A stretch of DNA of 64,000 nucleotides from Octopus vulgaris. Lineage: Eukaryota. The DNA lies in assembly GCA_951406725.2 (NCBI GenBank), contig OX597828.1, forward strand, positions 40,300,001 to 40,364,000, given 5' to 3'. The notes under the pieces were generated by a model that was not told where the DNA came from, ran no database searches, and saw only the letters and a program-made list of their open reading frames with translations. The number at the start of each line of letters is the position of its first letter. Position 1 is the stretch's first letter. Positions 1 through 10,929 of the stretch are shown piece after piece. A program made the position numbers and the translations under genes.

Positions 1-923
1 ACATCATCCATCACCCAAAATGTTCATTACTTTATTTGTTTATTTCTATGCATTGGACTATTTCAAGTGTACGAAATATAATATCTATACCATATATGCT
101 GCAGCATTGGTATTTTAATTTACTTACTGAAAGGCTAATGACATTTCACTTTGCCAATACTCCAAGAGTCATATTTGACAAACCACATACATAGATCTAT
201 GCATTGCAAGCTTTCCTGGGTGTCTTTTCATTTGCCATTTTCAAATCAACCAGAACCAAGTCAATTTTATTAAGGTTTCCCCAGTGCAGCAGAGCAAACC
301 AGTTTGCTATTATTATTTTGTAATAGAAAATGTAGTGCTTATATTCTGAACAACAAAATAACAAGGAATACTTATTAAAGAGAAGATTTATCTTTCAGAA
401 TCTATCAACTTCCTTTCATAAAATAAGAGTCTATTACAAAGGGTTCTTAGATTTTCTTCAAATTTACACCATTTACTAGTATTCATGAGAGAAGTAATTC
501 CTGAAAATCTCAGCTTACTGTAACCAGTAAGATTTTATGACCATTTGAAGGTTTTAGACGATTTTCAAATTATTGAATTTCATTCATTTTTTGGGGCTCA
601 TCATTCCAAATAGGTTCAACACCATACCATGGAAAGCATGTTTCTTTAATCCCCACCATCTCTAGTCCATCAGACACCAAAGATCCGTTCTTTTAACTCA
701 GCTAATGTAGAAAAAATGCCAGCCAAAAATTGCAAAAATCCCTGTCTTAGGGGCTATTTTAAAAAAATTTAAAGTGGTGAGCATCCCATCTTCTCTAATT
801 TTATAGTAAGGTCTGAAATCTTAACAGAACACATGAATTCATTTATTCAAAAGCCTTACAAGTGAATCAGAATGAGAGATAACTGTTGACAGCAAATCAA
901 TTCCATAATCTTGAGAGAACAGT

Positions 924-1504
924 TGTAGTATTTATGTGTTTCTCATCGGCATTAGTAACATAGTCGAAATGAAATAGTTACAACTAGACGTGGTTTACCG
1001 GCACCTTAACTTCTTCTCTACAGCAACTGCTGACCTAATAGAATAATTAATTTAAATACCCAATAACGACTAGAGCATAGACTGAGCTATTAAAATAGAC
1101 AGAATATCTAATCAACAGATAATCAGCAGATAATTACATTATCTTCGTTGAAGTTAATTATTAGATTGAACGGAAGACTGTTGGTGTGGTCTGGCTCAAA
1201 CTTTTGCAGGAATATTTATATTAATTAGTAGCCTGGTGTCTTATCTGACTAAAGATATTGGTCTAGTTTATAGATTTAAATGCTAAGTTGCTGAGCAAGA
1301 AGTATATAATGTCCCACTAATTTATAGTATAACGTGAGACGAAGCAAGTAATTACAAGTGTGTCCTTCAGTTTCAGCCTTTAATTCATTCCGACATTGTT
1401 TAGCCCAAGGTCTGTCCTGACCAAGCACACACACACACACACACAACCAAACGTATTTCACTTATGACCAACCAGTTTATAATTTTTTTCTCTTTTTACT
1501 TCCA
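924..1504. mobile_element. Probable solo LTR
   Basis: Begins TG (tgtagta), ends CA (tacttcca), imperfect terminal inverted repeat, flanked by the 4-bp direct repeat CAGT (920-923 and 1505-1508); 581 bp. Confidence 0.45.
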
Positions 1505-1881
1505 CAGTATATCTAAGATCACAGTATCCTCTGTGTACATATTTTAGGTGGTAGTGTTGTTTGAGGTAGATCTGTCTGCCATTATTAGCAGGTTAAATGA
1601 ACACATAGAAGCACTCTATATTTAGGTTAGGCTATAGTAATCTATGAAGGAGGGCTATTAACTGCTCAAGAAGTAGACATTTTGTTTCCACTGCTAAGTC
1701 AGGGAGGTTTAAACCGTGACCACAGCCCTTAAGTTGCAATACTGTATCAGTCAATGGAACTATATTTAGTTATAGATGGATTTTAAATAATGAATATTGG
1801 GTTTGGGGATTTTTCTGGTGGAGAGATTAAGAAAGAAGGGAAGGAGATTTTGTTTTGGCTGGGATTGAATATATACTCCGC

Positions 1882-2055
1882 CACAGTAATGAAAGCATAA
1901 TCAGCTATAGTAATGAGCACATACTGTGGCATATTATGAGTTCATATGGAGACACAGTAATGAGCACATATTGAGTCACAGTAATGAATACATTTTGAGC
2001 AATGGTTGTGAAGACATATTGAGTCATGGCAATGAATTCAAACTGACAGTAATAA
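1882..2055. repeat. Degenerate 24-bp minisatellite (cagtaatgagcacatattgagtca)
   Basis: About 7 copies; the ORF track shows 8-aa periodicity (HSNEHILS/HSNEYILS). Confidence 0.8.
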
Positions 2056-2135
2056 AAAGAAAATATGCTATAGTAATAGAGTACAGGCATAGCTGCACAA
2101 TGTTTATGATGTGAATTTAACAAAGAATATATATA

Positions 2136-2504
2136 GGCGCAGGAGTGGCTGTGTGGTAAGTAGCTTGCTAACCAACCACATGGTTCCGGGTTCAGTCCCA
2201 CTGCATGGCATCTTGGGCAAGTGTCTTCTGCTATAGCCCCTGGATTTGGTAGACGGAAACTGAAAGAATCCTGTCGTATATATGTATATATATATATTTG
2301 TGTATGTGTGTGTGTGTGTTTGTCCCCCTAGCATTGCTTGACAACTGATGCTGGAGTGTTTACGTCCCCGTCACTTAGCGGTTCAGCAAAAGAGACCGAT
2401 ATAATAAGTACTGGGCCTACAAAGAATAAGTCCCGGGGTCAATTTGCTCGACTAAAGGCTGTGCTCCAGCATGGCCACAGTTAAATGACTGAAACAAGTA
2501 AAAG
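2136..2504 (+). mobile_element. tRNA-derived SINE, family A
   Basis: A-box-like tggctgtgtggt, B-box-like ggttcagtccc, cttgggcaagtgtctt core, internal (TA)n(TG)n, tail gactgaaacaagtaaaaga; many copies in the window. Confidence 0.9.
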
Positions 2505-2518
2505 ATATATGGTTCCAT

Positions 2519-3163
2519 CATCATCATCCTAGTCAGGTGTCGCACTACGCAATGCCGTGGTCATCACGATGTCTTGCCACCTTCTCCTGTCCTCTACCCC
2601 ATGGACAGCTGAGAATAAAGACAATCCTGTGGTTGTGATGTCTTTCAGCCAAGAAGTGGATGGTCTGCCTCTTTTAAGTCTGCTGTTCACCTTGCCAGTT
2701 ATGATCGTTTGCTTAAGACCATCTCAGCGCATGACGTGACCAAAGAACCGTAGCTTCCGCTTCATAATGTTTCGCTGAAGCGTCATCTCGCAATTGAGCT
2801 TTTCTGGCACCAAGTTATCCGTCCTTCTCTCTATCCACGACACTCTAAGGATTCTGCGGTACCACCACATTTCAAAAGCGCTCACTCTTTTCTCATCTGC
2901 CTTCAACATTGTCCACGACTTGCAGCCATATGTCGCAATAGAGAAAGCGACAGCCCGAAGTAGCCTTATCTTCAGCAGCATTGACACGCCACGACTCTTC
3001 CAGATGTTCTCCATATCTTGTCCCACTTGCCTCGCTAGCACTAACCTTCTTTGTATCTCTGGTATACTTGATCCACTGGTGTTGATTGTGGATCCCAAGT
3101 ACACAAAATCATCCACTTCCTGAATCATCTCTCCATCTACGGTGAAGTCACCTTGGTCTGTCC

Positions 3164-3165
<2 letters not shown>
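2519..3165 (-). mobile_element. 5'-truncated RTE-clade LINE (C-terminal part of ORF2)
   Basis: ORF 2724-3128 has FVYLGS, YGCKSW, FEMWWYRRILRVSW and LRFFGHVMR motifs; (ATG)n tail; 14-bp target-site duplication atatatggttccat at 2505-2518 and 3197-3210. Confidence 0.92.
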
Positions 3166-3204
<39 letters not shown>

Positions 3205-4338
3205 TTCCATTGATCCCAATATGTTGTGGTACAGTTTAAAGGCCATGGTCATTGCCCTTCCATCCTTGACCAAACAGTAAAAACAAGGAAGTAAAATGTT
3301 TTCTTACAACTTCAAAGTGATTGAGATCTTGTTAATAAAACTTGTTAGACAGAAATGACCAAACTGGAAGTTTATAGAAACCCACCAATCATCATACATC
3401 TGTTTTCCTTGCTGGAATGGGTTCGGTGGTTTGACAGAAGCTGGCAAGGCTAGGAGCCATAAGTTCCATTATTTGTTTTGGCATGGTTTCTACAGTTGGA
3501 TGCCATTTCGAACACCAACCATTTTACAGAGTGTACTGGCTGCTTTGTGTGTGTGTGGTACCATTACCAGTGCTTTTTATGTGGCATGACAATTCCTATT
3601 CCAGGGTTGTAGACATAATCTCTTGCTTGGATTAACATGATCTCCTGGCCTTTGAATGGAGTTTACAAAGTTCATTCTTTGTAGGTATTTGGGCCAGCTA
3701 TCCAATCTGAGGATAATCCCTTCCACCAGCACAGAGGCTCTGTAAAGAAAAAAAGGGTTCTGAGGGCTGCACTTCTTTCATTTGTAAACCACAATTTCTT
3801 TTATGGTTTTGTCAAGTAAAGTAGAATATCAATTAATTCTTGGATAATTATATTTCTGTGTAGGCTACTGCCAGTATGTTTCTATTAATTTAACTTTCAA
3901 TATATATATTTTGGGGTTCCCTTAAATGTATGTAACTTATCTCTTGACTAACTGAAGTTTCATATTATCCTTCATGATATATTAAGACTTATTTTATTTA
4001 AATATGAACATTTTAATGATATTGTTTGATAGAGTGCATAGCTCTGAGACCAAGGAATCATTCCAGGTCAGGCCATTACTTTTCTTCGTTGAGAGGGCAC
4101 AGTTCCAGTGACATGGGTGTATGGTTAGCAAATCTGAGGACAGAATAGGACAGATTTTTAATGAGCAAAACCAATGAGCAGGAGACCTTGAGGTAAACTA
4201 CAAATGAGATGGATAGTATCCATAATCTCAATTGGTCTCATTTGGGGAACCAGCTTTTGTTAGGACCCTCTGGAGGGCATTTCTGAGGAATCTTTCTCAT
4301 GACCATCACAGGAATAGAGGACTATTCCTCTATACAAA

Positions 4339-4578
4339 GGCGGAGAGCTGGCAGAAACATTAGCATGCTGGGTGAAATGCTTAGTGGTATTTCATCGGCT
4401 GTTACATTCTGAGTTCAAATTCCACCAAGGTCGATTTTGCCTTTCGTTCTTTCGGGGTCGATAAATTAAGTACCAGTATCATTTTATGCACTGGGGTCGA
4501 TGTAATCGACTTAATCCCTTTGTCTGTACTTGTTTGTCTCCTCTACATTTAGCCCCTTGTGGGCAATAAAGAAATAAG
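4339..4578 (+). mobile_element. tRNA-derived SINE, family B (Deu/Nin-domain-like)
   Basis: Head ggcggagagctggcagaa...gagttcaaattcc; central gcctttc..ctttcggggtcgataaattaagtacca resembling the Deu/Nin domain. Confidence 0.85.
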
Positions 4579-4871
4579 GAATAGAGGACTATGAAGACGG
4601 CTAAATGGAACATCTTAATATTGCAATGTTCTTAGGCAGGATGGTATTTAAATGGTTAAATGCGATTGTTATAATGTAGTTTCTTAGGGCAATCAGCCAT
4701 AAAAATAAAGATAAAAAAACGAACCAAAACCTAAACCTAAATTCATGAAGGGCCAAACTTATCGGGCTAGAGCTGCACAAACTAGTGAGGTCACCAAATT
4801 GGAGCATTTTGCCATGTATCAAAACCCCTCGAGCATCATCATCATCAATTCCCTGGTTTTCAGATCTTTTA

Positions 4872-5211
4872 TCCTTTACTTGTTTCAGTCATTGGATTGC
4901 AGCCAAGCTGGGGCACTGCCTTGAAAGGTTTAGTTGAACAAATTGACCCCAGTACTTATTCTGTTGGTCTCCTTTGTCAAACTATACCATGGGAATGTAA
5001 ACATACTAACACTGGTTATCAAGTGATGGTGGTGATGGGGAGGGGGAGAAATACAAACACAGACACATATATGGCAGGCTTCCACAGTTTCCACCTATCA
5101 AATTTACTCACAAAGCATTGATCAGCCCAGGGCCATAGAAGACACTTGCCTGGAACTGAACCTGAGACCATGTGGTTGCAAAATAAGCTTCTCTTAATCT
5201 TACAGTCATGC
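4872..5211 (-). mobile_element. SINE family A, diverged
   Basis: Reverse complement aligns by eye to 2136-2504. Confidence 0.8.
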
Positions 5212-5959
5212 AATAAATGACAAACAATCCCAAAACCCCAGAAACCCTCTTCTCTGTCAGCTTCAAAACTGCTGATACCAACATGGTTACAACAAAAACT
5301 AGATCTGGGGGTGATTGTAGAGATGCTAGAGCAGAGGTAAATTGTTGTTGTTTACCTCCAGCCCTGTAACTCCTGGTCAAAAGCAATCCAGTCGTGGCAG
5401 TCCAATCTGGTTTCCTATGTGCAGGGATCTCAGATGCACATTATCCAACATAATCTTTTAAGTCAGTAGGGTGTGATTTGAGGGAGGTTTGCCTACTTTC
5501 TCCAGCAGATTGAGTGATCATGTCAAAGCTCTGCTGATGTATATTTAGTGTACAAAAGGCAAGATGGAAGGGAGCCTAAGCCAAAGCCCTTTATGACTAA
5601 GAAATACAAACAATTCCTTCTAAGTAGGTAGAATAAGCATTCTTTCCAAATCCTACTACATTTTACATGGAATTTTTGCCCCACCCACTGAATGAGAAGA
5701 ATACATGGGGGAGACTATATTAAGAAGACTGAATTGAAGGAAGGAACAGCTACTGAAATTGACAGCTAATTGGTCAAAATGGCTACTAAGGATGCAAAGG
5801 TTAGGAGAACAGCTGAACCATTAAGAATATTTGCTGAAATGCAGAAAACATCTGGTGAAATAGGACATGCGTCTAGTGAATCAAGTAGTACAAGAAGGAG
5901 CCGTTCCTTATGACTAGTATAATAGTATTCCGTATAACTGATATAATAGCAGTACCAAT

Positions 5960-6180
5960 ATTGGTTTCAAATTTTGGTACAAGGCCAGCAATTTCAGGGG
6001 AGCGGGTAAGCTGATTACACTGGCCTCCAGTGATCAACAGGTACTTATTTTATCAATCCCCAAAAGGGTGAAAAGCAAAGTCACCCTAGGCAGAATTTGA
6101 ACTCAGAATGCAAAGAGGGACAAAATGCCATTTAGCATTTTGCCAAGCATGCAAACGGTATGGCTTAGCTTGCCACCTTA
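5960..6180 (-). mobile_element. SINE family B, diverged
   Basis: Reverse complement of the family B head and central domain (aatttgaactcagaa; tacttattttatc). Confidence 0.75.
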
Positions 6181-6445
6181 TTATAACAGTATCAATATCA
6201 TAACTGCTTTGAAGGCCAAGAAAATCTTTGGAAGTAACTGCTGCAGAGGCATCAAATTGTCAGACCAAGTTCTAAAAGTAGCATAAAGAATTATAACACA
6301 ACTAACGAGGAAGAAAATTAGGTTTGATGAGATTTAATTCAGGTTTGTGCCAGGACTAAGTTCTGCTTGTGCCTTCTCTCAAATGAAACAATTACAGAAG
6401 CTCTTAACAGAACACAAGCTACTTACTATGTCTAGCATTCCTTAA

Positions 6446-6661
6446 CCCTTTCATTACCAACCCGGCCGAAACCGGCTCTGTAGTACCAATGTCTTATTTC
6501 CATAAGTTTTGAATTAAAATCTTCCACCAAACCTTAGTCACAATTAATGTTCCTAACACTAGCTGAATGATAATTAAGTTATTTTCCTAAATTCTTTGTT
6601 ATATTTAAAATTGATTGAAAGAAACACAGAGCATCTCAAAATAAATACAGTAATAAAAGGG
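6446..6661. mobile_element. piggyBac-like MITE
   Basis: TTAA on both sides (6442-6445, 6662-6665); terminal inverted repeats ccctttcattac / gtaataaaaggg; second copy at 52656-52829. Confidence 0.85.
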
Positions 6662-6813
6662 TTAATCTGCAAAAGGGTGTGACACTACTAGTAAGTGGAG
6701 AATGGTGATCCTCAACCATTTTTTGTCTGCGGACCCTTTTGGTTCCTATTTTACTTGGATGGAACCCCATAGCCATTCGAAATTAAAAATATCCTATTAT
6801 ATTTTTATAATTA

Positions 6814-7899
6814 TAAGGGGGTGCTGAAAAGTTCCTGGCTTTGGGTAAAAGAAAATACAGGAGGATCAGTTAATTATGATGTTATTCAGCATATTCCCCA
6901 CTCAGAAAAACTGAAAGACTGCTGCAATGAGTGTGTGACTCTAAGCCCTGTAAAAGAACTCAGAAGGGTGGGCTTCCAACCAAGCCTTTCACGGTACCCT
7001 TAAAGCCAGGAGCAGCCTTGTGCTCCCAATACAAACCCATGCTCCTTCCATGTTGAAGATGCAATAATTGCTAATGTTAACCAATTCACATACCTTGGCG
7101 CAGTCCTCAACAACACCCTCGATCTGACAGATGGTATTCAGCACCGTCTTCGTTTTGCCTCTGTTGCATTTGATCAGCTAAGTACTCGCGTCCTTCTCAA
7201 CAAAAACATCAACATCAGAACAAGAGTGGCTGTCTACAATGCTGTCTGTGTCTCAATCCTGCTGTATGGCTGTGAGTCTTGGGTGCCCTACCAGCATCAT
7301 ATCAAAGTGCTCGAACGATTTCATATCACTTGCCTTCAACAACTCCTTGGTTTACATTGGTGGAACAAGATTCCTTGTGATGAGATATGTGGCCAAACAA
7401 ACAGCCAGCTCTTGGAGGTAATAATCGCTAACTCAGATGGATAGGGCATGTCATTCGAATGCCTTCAAATTGATTGCCCTGCCTTGTTATCTAAGGTGAA
7501 CTTACAGATTGAAGATGCTCTGTCAGGGGCCAGCGCAAGCGCTTTAAAGATCACCTGAAGGCAATACTGAAAAAGTGTCATATCCTTCCTGACAGTCTCA
7601 AATCAATGGCTGCAGATCACACAAGCTGGTGCAGCGCATACAAGACTGGCACCACCAAATTCCAAGAAGATCTTCTGCAGAGCGAAGTGGCATGCTGTGC
7701 CCTGTGGCACGTGCAGAACCCTGGAAGTCAACAGCAGCAAAGCTTTACATGCTCCATCTGTGAACATATCTGTCTCTCCAGAATCGAACTTCATAGTCAT
7801 CAGAGATCGCATAACTACAAATGATGTTTGGGAAAAATACTCATTACATTGTGATGTTCACAAAATTATGAAAACCAGGAACTTTTCAGCAACACCTCA
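6814..7899. mobile_element. Tc1/mariner-like MITE with a LINE inserted in its right terminal repeat
   Basis: TA flanks; terminal repeats ggtgctgaaaagttcctgg / ccaggaacttttcagc; intact sister copy at 32773-32953. Confidence 0.85.
7012..7870 (+). mobile_element. 5'-truncated RTE-clade LINE with a C-terminal C2H2 finger
   Basis: FTYLG, LLYGCESW, LERFHITCL, RWIGHVIRM and FTCSICEHICLSRIELHSHQRSH; target-site duplication aaagccagga (7002-7011) / aaaaccagga (7871-7880). Confidence 0.92.
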
Positions 7900-9230
7900 T
7901 AGATATTATCAGGAATTAAAAAAAAAAAATTGAATTATTTTGTGTATTACAGAAGTATAACCAATTTATTAGACATAAATTTTAATAGCAAAATCTTATA
8001 TGGACCCCCCAAAGACTATACTGACCCTGGTTGAGAACTGTGTAGAGGAATGGTTTGGTAGAGACCAGCAAGTCATACTGAAAGCTGATGTGAGCGCAGA
8101 GAGTTATCAACAAGCAAGATGGCATGGTGGTATATACCAGTCAAGTTTTTTTGGTTGGTCAGTCACCTCTGTTTATTGTGGCTCTATAAGCCAAAGGGGT
8201 GAGCTTGCAGAGTTGTTAGAACACAAGAGAAAATACCCGGTAGTAAAAGTTCTGACTCCTTACATTCTGAGTTCAAATCTCGCCAAGGAAAAATTTGCCT
8301 TCGTCAATATGGGGTTCAATAAAATAAAATAGCAGTCAAATACTGGAGTTTATGTAATTAACTAAGTCTCTCCACTCAAAACTAATGACCCTGTACCTAG
8401 GCCATTGCAAAAGGTTTAAGACTGAGGTGTTTATGTTGTGCGGGGATTCTATAAAAACTAGTAAAACCAAGAAAGAACAAAAGATTTTGTTAGAAAACAG
8501 GATTCTACTACCATCTGTTGATAGGAATTCCATACAGTGTACTCACTGTAAACTATGGAAAAGTAGATTGTAAAATGCTTGTGAATAAAGTATGATGTTG
8601 CATGGTAGCAAAATATTGGCAGAAGTGTACAAGGGCTGAGGAGAGGAAAACTGGTGTTGACGATGGTGGTCCAATCAGTTATTGAATGATCAATGAAATC
8701 TCTGAAAATTGTTGCTGTTGAACTGTATGAATCAACCAAGTGCAGATCTATGACCTTAAAACACAATTTCTTGCGCCTTTTACTTTCTGATAATTTTACG
8801 ATTGAAAAAAAAAAAAACTTCCATTATTGTTTACTTTTGCAGGTACTGATCAAAACAGAAAACTATTAAAAAGATTTGTCAGATATATTAATTAGATTAG
8901 TAACCTATCTCTGAACCTGCCATTTTTCTGTTGATAAGCTGAAAAAAATTGCATCAGAATTAATGTTTGAAATGACTGGATGGCTTAATGTTGTTAAATC
9001 TGATGGAACTATTTAAATTGTTGTTGGTTTATTTGACTAACAAATGATACATCAGCTGAGGACCAGATGGGACAAGCCAATCTGTGGTCAACATATAACT
9101 TTATGATGTTATATCTAAAATGACCAGTTAATGGTATTTATAAAGTGACCAGCCAGTAATGTTTGTATATGTGATATGTAACCAGCCAATGTTGAAACAC
9201 CTGGTATTTATTATGCTAGGATTTATATAT

Positions 9231-9590
9231 ACTCTTTACTTGTTTCAGTCATTTGACTGCAGCCATGCTGGAGCACCGCCTTTAATCGAGCAACTCGACC
9301 CCGGGACTTATTCTTTTGTAAGCCCAGTACTTATTCTATCGGTCTCTTTTGCCAAACCGCTAGTAACGGGGACATAAACACACCAGCATCGGTTGTCAAG
9401 CAATGCTAGGGGAACAAACACAGACACACAAACACACACACGCATATATATACATATATACGACGGGCTTCTTTCAGTTTCCGTCTACCAAATCCAACCA
9501 CAAGGCTTTGGTCGGCCCGAAGCTATAGTAGAAGACACTTGCCCAAGGTGCCACGCAGTGGGACTGAACCTGGAACCATGTGGTTGGTAA
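9231..9590 (-). mobile_element. SINE family A (5' end clipped)
   Basis: High similarity to 43694-44068 in reverse orientation. Confidence 0.9.
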
Positions 9591-10479
9591 ACACACACAC
9601 ACACATACAGACTCGTTTTCAATACCTCTGCCAAAGAATACGAATCCCAGAAGATGCTGAGATAAGAAGTTTTGTCCTTTCAACCGCGTTTCATTTACTC
9701 TTCTATTTCTGCGCAGATCATAAACCCCCTATTAGTTCTTTTCATTATTCTGTCTATTTCAGTACCATGTCATCATGTAAATATAGTTTTCAATAGTTTC
9801 ATCTTCCTTGTTGTTGCCTTAAGATAACCTTAGTTTACGCATTTCCTTAACTGTAACATATTCATTGATTCATACATCTATTAAAAAACGTCTTATCACA
9901 CAGTCACTTATTTCTCTAAGTTTGTCTTAGATTGTCTGACCAAAAACTCTGATTTCTGAATTCTATTTTACTATTATCAACAATTGCTGTCTCATTAAAT
10001 TATGCTACGCAGATCCCAAAAGAATTTTTCTTCCCTCGTGTTCTTGACCACTTCCCCCTCTCTCTCTTTCTAGCTCACTCTGTCTCTCTCTCTTTCAATT
10101 ACCACTCGCTTCATTAAGGCTTCCTCCACCACCCTATATAAACCAGCACACGCAGAAGATGCTCTCATCTAAACTTCCTAGTTTGCGGTGTGCCCCCCTC
10201 CACCTGTACTGGAAGTTCCTATCCATTGTCATCCTTGGTTGTCTCCCATGAACACTTCTAAAGGCTTTACGCCATCCTCACCCCTACTTAGGGTTATCTC
10301 CAATGTAAGGTAGTGATCGTGTAGTGTATGCAGGTTGAACTGAAGGCTATGAATTCTGCCAAATGCAAGCTTTCTTTTCAGGCACATGAAGCATCTGTGC
10401 CCCGTTCCAGGGTCTCACAGGCCCATAACCTCCCACACCCTCAGGGTTAGCACCTATAAAGGTGACTGGCATCTGTGTT

Positions 10480-10918
10480 AGTGGAGCACTAAGAGTACCA
10501 TATGGGTGTGATCGTTGCCAGAGCAACAAGCTGGCCTCTTTGCCAGTGGCGTGTAAAAAGCACCATTCGAGCATTACCTGCGTCGCCTTACTAGCACTTG
10601 TGCTGGTGGCACGTGGGAAAAACATTTGAACGAGGTCATTGCCAGTGCCGCTGGAGGGGCTCCTGTGTAGGTGGCACATAAAAAGCACCATTTGAGCGTG
10701 GCCTTTGCAAGTACCACCTGACTGGCCCTCGTGCCAGTGGCACGTAAAAGCACCCACTACACTCTCAGAGTGGTTGGCGTTAGGAAGGGCATCCAGCTGT
10801 AGAAACTCTGCCATATCAGATTGGAGTCTGGTGCAGCCATCAGGTTTGCCAGACCTCAGTCAAATCATCCAACCCATGCTAGCATGGAAAGCGGATGTTA
10901 AACGATGATGATGATGAT
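10480..10918 (+). mobile_element. Non-autonomous retroelement/SINE, family C, with internal ~62-bp repeats and an (ATG)n tail
   Basis: Four gtggcacgtaaaaagcacc-like units, then gagtggttggcgttaggaagggcatccag and ccatgctagcatggaaagcggatgttaaacgatgatg; tail type shared with the RTE copy at 2519. Confidence 0.8.
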
Positions 10919-10929
10919 ATATGGTGGCT

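Larger units (their letters stand above)
6701..8043. mobile_element. hAT-like non-autonomous element split by nested insertions
   Basis: ctcaacc (6711-6717) and ggttgag (8029-8035) form inverted terminal motifs like hAT CAGTGGTTCTCAACC; extreme ends degenerate. Confidence 0.5.
5690..8750 (+). mobile_element. Old fragmented RTE-like reverse transcriptase remnant interrupted by several insertions
   Basis: Broken motifs in order: AEMQKTSGEIG (~5833), NCCRGIKLSDQVLKVA (~6236), FRFVPG (~6338), NSIQCTHCKLW (~8527); many stops and frameshifts. Confidence 0.6.

Noticed and set aside
2136-2205. tRNA-like sequences at SINE heads
   Set aside because: They continue directly into SINE bodies and lack an intact cloverleaf or terminator; not tRNA genes.
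10540-10760. Four ~20-25 nt repeats at ~62-nt spacing resembling a CRISPR array
   Set aside because: Repeats are degenerate, the spacers resemble each other, and the block is internal to a dispersed eukaryotic retroelement with other copies at 21745 and 32429; no cas genes.
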